Part shown: one piece after another, positions 55,290-64,000 of the stretch
How positions within the stretch are numbered: the first letter of the stretch is position 1
Layout of the letters: each line of letters begins with the position of its first letter
Origin: Eledone cirrhosa
Taxonomy: Eukaryota
DNA: 64,000 bases
NCBI GenBank assembly: GCA_964016885.1
Contig: OZ024740.1
Coordinates: 287,370,001 to 287,434,000 of the forward strand
Reading direction: 5' to 3'
Position numbers and translations under genes: made by a program
Notes under the pieces: model-generated
Databases searched by the model: none
What the model was told of the DNA's origin: nothing
What the model saw: only the letters and a program-made list of their open reading frames with translations

Positions 55290-55520
55290 CTTCAACTACA
55301 AACCTGAGCTTTACTGCCCACCATGTGAAGGAGAAGAAGATAGTCAAATACTGGGGCCTGACAGACTGCTTCCTCTTTACACCAGTCTCCATCAAGACTT
55401 CTGGTGTCCTTGGTCCCCGCATTGCTGATTTCCTCCGTAAAGTCAGAAAGAGGAGGGGTGGCTGTTGCAGTGGGGGACCCTGGTCATTATCCACAGTAAC
55501 GCTTTTGCTGCTTTGTTCGT
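55290..55520 (+). mobile_element. CRE-like restriction-like-endonuclease domain fragment
   Basis: AHHVKEKKIVKYWGLTDCFLFTPVSIKTSGVLGPRIADFLRKV resembles AA..E..K..KY..L...F.F.PV.VET.G..GP....FL. Confidence 0.72.
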
Positions 55521-56149
55521 GGGGCACGGCTGAGGCACCGCTCAGATTGAGGTGTAGTGACTGTGCCCCCTCCCTTTCTTTCAATGCTTGATCCTTCTTT
55601 CCTTTTCATTTTATGTGATGATGCTTGAAACCCTGAGTTTTTCTCGACCTTCATAATTTTCAATTTGACTTTTTCTTCCATTTCTTTTATTTCTACTTTG
55701 TTGTTCTGGACCATTGTTATATTTAATTTTACATTTGTTTAAATCAATTATAGTAACATTAGCCCATGATATTATCTGTGGTTTACTTAGTGCTACAAAA
55801 CAGCTATGATTGATTGATTGATTGATGGATGGATAGGTGGATAGATAGATAGATACATAGATATACAGGTAGGTAGATATATAATTAGATATTATTGTTG
55901 ATAATCTGGTCCAACAACTATCTCAGTTGTTTTAAACAAATACACAGCTTGCTGCTGTGCTGCTTACTAATACTCTACAGGGTACTGTTGTTTTAAATGG
56001 GCTTAGAACATGTTATCCACCAAAAACATGTGTATTATATATATAATATGTGTATTATATATAATACACATATTATATATATAAGTAGAACACTGGAAGG
56101 TAATATCTGTAGTGGTAGAGCACTCAGTCCATGGGACGAGTTTGGTAGA

Positions 56150-56290
56150 AGTAGTAACACAACAGTTAGTTCACCATACCGAGAACAATTGTTTCACCTT
56201 ATGCGGATCTTCAGCCCAGTCCGAGCTGAAGATCCGCATAAGGTGAAACAATTCTTCTCGGTATGGTGAACTAACTGTTGTGTTACTACT
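56150..56290. repeat. Near-perfect inverted repeat (66-bp arms, 9-nt spacer, 1 mismatch)
   Basis: 56150-56215 is the reverse complement of 56225-56290 except aattGttc versus aattCttc. Confidence 0.97.
56179..56261. ncRNA. Pair of divergent minimal type I hammerhead-ribozyme-like motifs (Penelope pLTR type)
   Basis: Plus: CCGAG-CTGAAGA-tccgcataaggt-GAAAC-aatt-ctt-CTCGG; minus: CTGGG-CTGAAGA-tccgcataaggt-GAAAC-aatt-GTT-CTCGG. Confidence 0.6.
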
Positions 56291-56319
56291 CCTATATATA
56301 AATAATGTGTATTATATAA

Positions 56320-56503
56320 AATAAAATTATCTGCTCAAATATGAAACCAGACAGTAGCCAATATAATCCAATATAATGTTGTGTAACACCTTTATATATA
56401 TATAATGTGTATTATATATATATATATATAAAGGTGTTACACAACATTATATTAGATTATATTGGCTACTGTCTGGTTTCATATTTGAGCAGATAATTTT
56501 ATT
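56320..56503. repeat. Second inverted repeat (~80-bp arms around a TA-rich spacer)
   Basis: aataaaattatctgctcaaatatgaaaccagacagtagcc...gtgtaacacctttatata versus tatataaaggtgttacac...ggctactgtctggtttcatatttgagcagataattttatt. Confidence 0.95.
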
Positions 56504-56602
56504 AGAGATAATATATCCCTACATTTATTCTGTTTCCTCAGTTGTTATATATATATACGTGTGCATGTTTGCGTGTATGTGGGGGGTGGGGGTGCATGAA
56601 TA

Positions 56603-56634
<32 letters not shown>

Positions 56635-58302
56635 CAGAATTTATATGTCTCAAAACTTGAGTTTCATGGCAGTGCAATCTTAAGGTGAGAACTATTTTAC
56701 TTACTATTTGTACTATGGTTCTATACATTGTAGAGAGCAGTTATCATTCTTAATGGTTGTTTTCTAATCAGATTCTCTCATGAACTATTTTTGTGTTGGT
56801 TTTTTTTTAACTGGGAGTTGGTTTCTAATGGTTTTTTTTTTTATTTTTATTTTGTTATTTTGTATTTCTAGGGCATTGACTGTGATTTTCACCTCGTCAA
56901 TTGCTAATTCATTTTGTTAGTACCATATTTACATTGATCAGCTTTGCTGTTGTTTGTGTCATCTTAATGTTCTAAATGTGTTTGTATATTTAGCTTTAGC
57001 CCAGGGAATGCACTATTTCTCATATCCTGTTTTTCTGGTTTTGATTGATTTGTTTTATATGTTTATTTGTTTGTTTGTTTGTTGTTGATATTTTTGTTGC
57101 TAAAAAAATTAAAATTGAAATTGTTTTTCTGAAACTGTTTCCCCATTATGTTTTTAGCTATGGTTCGTTGATTAATAGTGATAGTGTTTCTGATAATCTG
57201 TATCACCTCTATTTTCTTGATATTTATTCTGTTTAGGTGTCTTGCAAATTGTTTTACTTGGGTTATTTCCTGTTTTGTTCAATAGTTACTGGCCATGGTT
57301 CAGGAATTTCATATCCTGTAATTGTTCAAATAATGTGTATGCATAGGTACGTATATGAATCATCACCTTCATTTCACATCACACACAGAGAATAACCTCT
57401 CATTTAACATGGTTTTGTTTAACACATTTGAGTTAACATGTGGTGAATTTTACTTAAAATAGTGCAAGCAAAACCAGTTAAAGCTTTTATCAAGATAGTC
57501 ACTGTTGGCAATTGAGTGAGCAGTGTAATGTCAAACAGCCAGCCAGCTAACAGAACCTAAAAGAGAGAATTTGTGTACTGGCACTTGCAATTCATGCCAT
57601 TCACCTGACCAATTAACTTGCATTATCAACAAAAGAAAGTTATGTTATTTTTCTCTCTCCGTGTTTAAAGTTAAAGTATTGGAAAAAAACAAATGCAAGA
57701 AAGAATGAAAGTGAGAATGAATGCTTTAAAACTGTAAAACATTATAACTTGAAAGGTTTATTACTTTAGAATGAAAGAAAGAATCAATGTTTTAAAAAAT
57801 GCAAAAAGTTTATTACTTTAGAACACCAAATAAAAAAATGATATGAATATGGGAAGTCAGACTTGGAGAACTGTTTTAGAATAAAAGAAGCAACAATATG
57901 AACCATTTTGAAACAGGTTGATGACCATAAGAAGGTTTCATATGCAACACCAATACAATCTACTCAATCAAGGTGAGAAATGATTGAAATAGAATGCTTG
58001 GTACCTACTAACATAGATTAAAAAAACTGCAATCATATCTGAATTCTGTTAGGGACCTATACCGTTATAAAAAAAAATTAAGTCTTTTCACCACTTTGAA
58101 ATTGTAGGCAAAAATGATTTTATGAGTAGTGTTGGGTGTTTTGAAGAATTTAAAAAGTGCATTGAATTGCACAATGTTAGAATTCAAGTTGAATGTGGAA
58201 GTGATGATTAAGATGACCCGCCCCCACCTCCCACAAAAAGATAAAATAAAAATAAACAAAATTTTTTTTAAATGCAGAAAAGCAAAACTGTGATGAGAAG
58301 CA

Positions 58303-58548
58303 GATAATTGTTTCTACGTTTGGTACAAGGCCAGCAATTACCCAGTGCATTACTGGTACTTTATTTTATCGACCCCGTAAGGATGAAAGGCAAAGTTAAC
58401 AGTGCATTACTGGTACTTAATTTTATCGACCCCGTAAGGATGAAAGGCAAAGTTAACCTTGGCGGGATTTGAACTCAGAATGGCAAGGGCCGTAACGCTA
58501 TACATCAAAGCATGGCGTTCGAGCCTCTACCGATACTGCCAATCCACC
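58303..58548 (-). mobile_element. SINE family 1 with internal ~58-bp tandem duplication
   Basis: cagtgcattactggtactt.attttatcgaccccgtaaggatgaaaggcaaagttaac occurs twice (58343-58400, 58400-58457). Confidence 0.9.
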
Positions 58549-59336
58549 TGTTGACTAAACAGCTTATTTTGTAAGTGCATGCCTACAGAATCTCTCCTTG
58601 TGAAAGGAGAAAAAAAAATGTTCCTTTTTTATAAAGCACCAAATGATTGAATCATAATTTAAATGGGAGGAAATGCTGGAGGGTATTTTGAACTAAAACC
58701 AATGGTTATAAACTAGTGCTCAAATGTAAACAAGGGTAATAAAATTGATTTTTGAAAATTGATTCACGTCCTTTTTCTGTATATCAGTAAAAGGATATTG
58801 TGAGCAAAATAATTTTGTTTTGTTTTTGTTTTTATCTTTTAGATGATGCCCCTGGTCATCCTCCTGCAATAAATGACTTCAGTCAATGTAAATATCATGT
58901 TTTGTCTCCTAATGTGACATCCATTTTGTAACCTATGGATCTTGGGAGTCATTGAAACTTTTAAGGTTAATTGTCTAAAAATCACTTTTGAACAAGCAAT
59001 ACAAAATGCTACAAGTAATAATTCAATTTTATTTGTCAATACAATAAATACATTTACAATTTTTCATATCTTACTTTGCTATCTTTTAACTTTAAGTAGT
59101 TGAACAGAAATATATTAAAAAAAGATTTTGAAAAATAGTTGGATCAATTATAATATTTTTATATGTATATTATATTTGATTAAGCCTGGAGAGGGTTACA
59201 CTCTACCAGGCTTTAAAAATGCCCAAGGAACACTGTATGCCAATACGGTGCCCCTACAACTCCACCAGGAGTTAAGGGATAAAAAAAAAAAATTTATTAA
59301 CACTATTTCATTTAATCACCATTTTGCAGGGATTAA

Positions 59337-59557
59337 CCCTTTAGCATTTAAACTGGCCATATCCAGCCAGAATTCTCTCACCTCTTTCTGCTCAAACTGG
59401 CCATAACCTGCTGTTCATACTGATGTTAAGGTATTGTTCTCAAAATAAATAACATCAAAATCTTGTAGATTCAATATTATGTGAGATAATTATAAAAGAT
59501 AAAGCCTTTACCACAAAAATACAATAGTATATATAGAGTAGTATAAATAGTAATGGG
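59337..59557. mobile_element. piggyBac-type MITE, second copy
   Basis: TTAA-CCCTTTAGCATTTAAACTGGCC ... GGG-TTAA; reverse-complement similarity to 30607-30827. Confidence 0.85.
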
Positions 59558-60389
59558 TTAACTGTGTTAAATCACAAATTACTGTAAATTACATGTGTAT
59601 TTGTTGAGATATTACTCCGTGTGAATATACACACACCCATGCATTTGTACACCAGCATTGTTTTTATGCCCATTTATCCATGCTAGCATGGGTCCAATTA
59701 AGCAATTTTGAAGCAACCAGATACCCTTCCTAACACCAACCCCCCTTTTTCCTAAGGACATGATCTTTGCTTATTGAACTGCTGAGTCATAACATTTTTT
59801 TCTTCATGAGGGACATAAACAAAGATTACCATTAGTGGTCTCAAATACGAAGACACAAGCACATGCATACACACACACACATATATATATGTAAAACCAA
59901 CAAAAATAGATCAAGGGAAAAAAGATGAAATAGCACATAGTCCATGGGGAGCTGGACAAAGTTTGAGATTAAACAAGATAAAGAGATGAAGAAAGAACAC
60001 ACTTGTCTGTGTTCCATGATGGTATAAGTTGGAAGGGTTGTCATGGTCTGAGACTAAATGGGTTGGAGAGCCCTCATCTTGCTCATATGTTCCATATACA
60101 AATAAAATGTGCAAAAATGTATACAACGAAAATAAGTATGCTAAATGAAAAGAAAAAAAATGAAAAGATCTGACATTTCAGTTTCAACCCTGTATCAAAA
60201 CAGAGTAAAAGAAGATATGCCTGTCTCTACCAAATGTGCAAAGCTCTTGCTTGCATGCACACACACGTTTATCACTGGGTCATCAGACAAGAAGGATAAA
60301 AATTGAAACTACATGTATGCCTGTGTTCATACATATTCATGCATGTTTACAGGCTTGTATATGCACAGATCTATGTGAATACATGTAAA

Positions 60390-61402
60390 CTACAAAAGTT
60401 TTCCCCTCCAAATAAAACATAGGCTGTATGATGGATTTATATGAACAACAATATTGCACAGCAGTGAAACCTGGGCACTGTGTGCAGAGGACCTGCAAAG
60501 ATTGGAAAGAAATGAAGCCTCCATGTTTCAATGGATGTGCAATAGAAATATACGTGAACGGCAAAGCATAATTAGGCATAAGACGGATCAGATGTTATGT
60601 GCAAGTGAGGAGATTGCATTGGTAAGGACATGTTATGTGTATGAAGGATGGCAGCTGTATAAAAAGGTACAGAGCACTTAAAGTTGATGGTAACCATGGA
60701 GTGGGTAGGCCTAGGAAGACTTCGGATGAGGTAATAAAAGCTGATCTTGCACAATTACACATCACTAAGGCGATGACACAGGACTGTGATCTCTGGCGCT
60801 ATGCAGTACTACAGAAGATCCGCCCTCCCATATTCTTGAGCTGAGGCATATTTCTAGTAGGTAACATCTTCCTCTACCATCTCCCTTCCCTTACAGCTCC
60901 CTTGTTGTAACCATTTCTTCCCTATACCTACATCCTCAATTTCCCCAAGTTTCTTCCCCACCGACCAAAGACCCAAGTTTCCATTCCACACCATAAAGTG
61001 GTTTCTCTAGATCCATGACAAAAGTGCCCAAACCTCACGATAAAGTGGTCATGTATGTGTCAAGACAAAAGAGATAAGGCTACACTGTAAAATGGTTGTG
61101 TAGGAGTCACAACAAAAAGCCCCCAGTCCACCCTGTAAAGTGGTCATGTAGGTGTCACAGCAAAAAGTGCCCAGTCAATGTTGTAAAGTGGTCGTGTAGG
61201 TGTCATGACAAAAAGCACCCAGCATACAATCTAAATGTGGTCGGTGTTAGGAAGGGCATCCAGTCGTAGAAACCAAGCCAAAATCAGTCCTATGTGAGTG
61301 AAACACGGTTCTCCAACCTGATCTCGCACAAAGGGACAGCCCGTCCTACTCATGCTAGCGCGGAAAATAGACGTTAAACGATGATGATGATGATGATGAT
61401 GA
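60390..61402 (+). mobile_element. RTE LINE 3' fragment with degenerate 48-bp repeats and (GAT)n tail
   Basis: HSSETWALCAEDLQRLERNEASM, GRPRKTSDEVI, 3' UTR and tail. Confidence 0.9.
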
Positions 61403-61567
61403 CAATACATATAGATTCCTACTGGAAAATGTAATCTCAATTAGTTCTTACAGTGCAGAACACTTGCATATTTGTATTTGTCTATGTATATATGTGTATT
61501 CATGCATACACATGCTTATTCATGTACAAACATGTATATATGGATGTGCTTATATACATATATAATA

Positions 61568-61712
61568 GGCGGTGAATTGGCAGAATTGTTAGAATGTTGG
61601 ATAGGGTCCTTTGTGGCATTTGTTCTGGCTCTCTGTGTTCAACTCCTGCCGATGTCAACTTTGCCTTTCATTCTTTCATGGTTGATAAAAAAGTACCAGT
61701 CTAGTACTGGGA
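61568..61712 (+). mobile_element. Older SINE related to family 1
   Basis: ggcggtgaattggcagaa ... gttcaactcctgccgatgtcaactttgcctttcattctttcatggttgataaaaaagtaccag. Confidence 0.75.
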
Positions 61713-61920
61713 TCAATTCTTCCTCTATATCTCTTTCTCACTTCCTCTCTGCTACTGTCTATCCTTCTCTGGAAGAAATCTGCTGTACTGTACCCAGGCT
61801 TGGAGAGGGGTGGGTTCTGCCAGGCTTAAATTGTCCATGAAATGCTGTATGTCAATATGGCGCCCTTACAATTCCATCAGGAGTTACAGGACCATACCAT
61901 ATTATATATCTATATATATT

Positions 61921-62298
61921 TTCTTTTTTTCAAATACCACTTTGGAAGAAGAATCAGGATGGAGAGAGAGGTGCTGTACCCCAGCAAGTTTTATGAAAGG
62001 TGGGTGAAAGTGGCGAGAATGGCCCGAGTGAATGGGCCTTCTCTCTATATCAGCCTGTAGGTTGAGGAAAAGGAGGAGGAGAGGAAAGGAGTACAAGCTC
62101 TTCGTACTCCTGGAGATGAGGGTTGCACATTTTTTTCGGGGGTATGTATTACCCATATAAACTGTCTCCCTCTATTGGGGAAAATCGACTAACTTTTAAA
62201 TTCCATCTGTGATAACATTTTACACGTTTTTATTGTATGTAAACTTCCCCCTTTGTATTTGTCCCCTTCTTTTGTGCCCCTGTGGCTAATAAAGAAAT
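61921..62298 (+). mobile_element. 3' end of an L1/Tx1-like LINE (copy 2) with ORF2 C-terminus
   Basis: FFFKYHFGRRIRMEREVLYPSKFYERWVKVARMARVNGPSLYISL* followed by 3' UTR and AATAAA; TA repeats on both sides. Confidence 0.72.
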
Positions 62299-62604
62299 AT
62301 ATATATATTATATCATTTATTTACACAGAACAAAAATGCTACCTAAGGTTTCAAGGCCCAATATTGACCATATCTCCAGAATGTAAGAGAGATAAAAATT
62401 GTGACCTAAACTTCAACAGAAATGTAATATCAAATCCGTTGTGTATGAGGCAGTGTTGAAGATTAGGTCATAATTTTGATCCCTCTTACATTCTGCAGAT
62501 ATGTCAATACTGGGCCTTGAAACTTTAGGTAGTTCCATGTATGCACATATATAAATAATATAATATATCAGCTCTCTTTTTGATTGCGCAGTTTTCCTTT
62601 TTAC

Positions 62605-62747
<143 letters not shown>

Positions 62748-62769
62748 ATAAAATATAGAAACCGTAGAA

Positions 62770-64000
62770 ATGCTAGAGTGAAAGGAAATTGATGTATGCT
62801 GTGTGCAAGAGACTAGATGGAGAAGAGAGTCTGCTAGAGTCCTTGTAGGAAAAAGTCGGTGCTACAAATTTTTCTGGGTGGGAAATGACGATGGGATCGG
62901 TGGTGTAGGCATACTACTAGCTGACAAGTGGGTAGATAAAGTAATCTCAGTGTACAGGGTAAATGCAAGAATCATTAAACTCAGACTAGTCCTGAATAAA
63001 ACAATTACCACAATAATATCAGCTTACGCACCCCAATCGGGGTTGCCAGACGAACTTAAGGATAGGTTTTACGAGTCCCTAATGCACACTACTGCTCTAA
63101 CAAACGACAATGACTTCCTAATCATCGCAGGAGATTTTAACGGACACGTAGGTAAACACTGCGACGGCTTCAATAGAGTCCATGGAGGCCATGGGGTTGG
63201 CACAAGAAATGAGGAAGGATTCAGACTTCTAGAATTCTGTGACGCCAATGACATGTCGATATGTAACACAAACTTCAAAACCCCGACAACCACCTGATCA
63301 CCTATAGATCAGGGGAGCACTCTAGTCAGATAGATTTTATCCTCATCAGAGGACGTGACAGATGGACGGTCGTAAATACAAAAGCCTTCCCTAGTGAGGA
63401 ATGTACATCCCAACATAGCTTAGTTGTCAGCGACCTCACAGTCAGAACTAGACGAACCTGGAAACAGAGGCCAACCTGGAGAGAAAGATCTGGAAGCTGA
63501 AAGACCCCTCAACCAGTAACAGATTTAAAGATATTTTACTCAACGCCTACAACAGTAAAGAAGAACAGATAGAGACATTCAATGTAGAAGAGAACTGGGA
63601 GTTCCTAAAAAATAACTTACTAGAGGCGACGGATGAGGTCTGTGGCTGGAGTAAGACCTCAAGCAGGAGGAGAGTGACTTGATGGTGGAACAATAAGGTA
63701 GATGAGGCAGTTAAGGCCAAGAGACAGGCATGGAAAGAATGGAAGAACGGAGGGAGCAGGGTACATTACATAGAGACCAACAGGGAAGCTAGGCGACAAG
63801 TATACTTAGCTAGGAGGGAAGCAGAGGATAGAAAATTCAAGCATGTTTTGCAACGTGATGACCAGAAACAGGAGGTGTTCAAGATTGCGAGGCAGTGTGT
63901 CAGAGAGAATTGTGATGTCATTGGAGAGAAGTGTATCCGGAATGATAAAGGTGAGCTTGCCCTCACAAGTAATGAGAAGAAAGATGCATGGAAGAGTCAT
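62770..64000 (+). mobile_element. RTE LINE 5' region with apurinic-type endonuclease, continuing past the window end
   Basis: VQETRW, GVGILL, SAYAPQ, AGDFNGHVG, ICNTNFK, SQIDFIL, QHSLVVSD; frameshifts near 63290 and 63485 and a stop at ~63680. Confidence 0.93.

Overview
AT-rich, repeat-dominated eukaryotic (animal) genomic DNA; the repeat landscape resembles a mollusc, most likely a cephalopod such as Octopus (inference). The only host gene I can support is one minus-strand coding exon (12330-12478) of a DUS4L-type tRNA-dihydrouridine synthase, with clean splice sites. It is wedged between a ~0.9 kb (CAAC)n-type array and an ~11.9 kb 31-bp satellite. The rest is intron/intergenic: many truncated RTE-clade LINEs carrying a PHD-like finger and (GAT)n tails, two tRNA-derived SINE families, an internally deleted DD37D (maT) transposon with intact TIRs, mariner, pogo, CRE and Tx1 relics, piggyBac-type TTAA MITEs, long foldback repeats and microsatellites. 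Most notable: a 141-bp palindrome whose arms each carry a minimal type I hammerhead-ribozyme motif, a satellite that places hundreds of GTRAGT donor-like motifs on the pre-mRNA strand, and a SINE whose tail appears fused from two LINE families. The long ORFs in the ORF track over 11.4-24.5 kb and 43-44.5 kb are repeat artefacts. All family assignments are from motif recognition; no searches were run.
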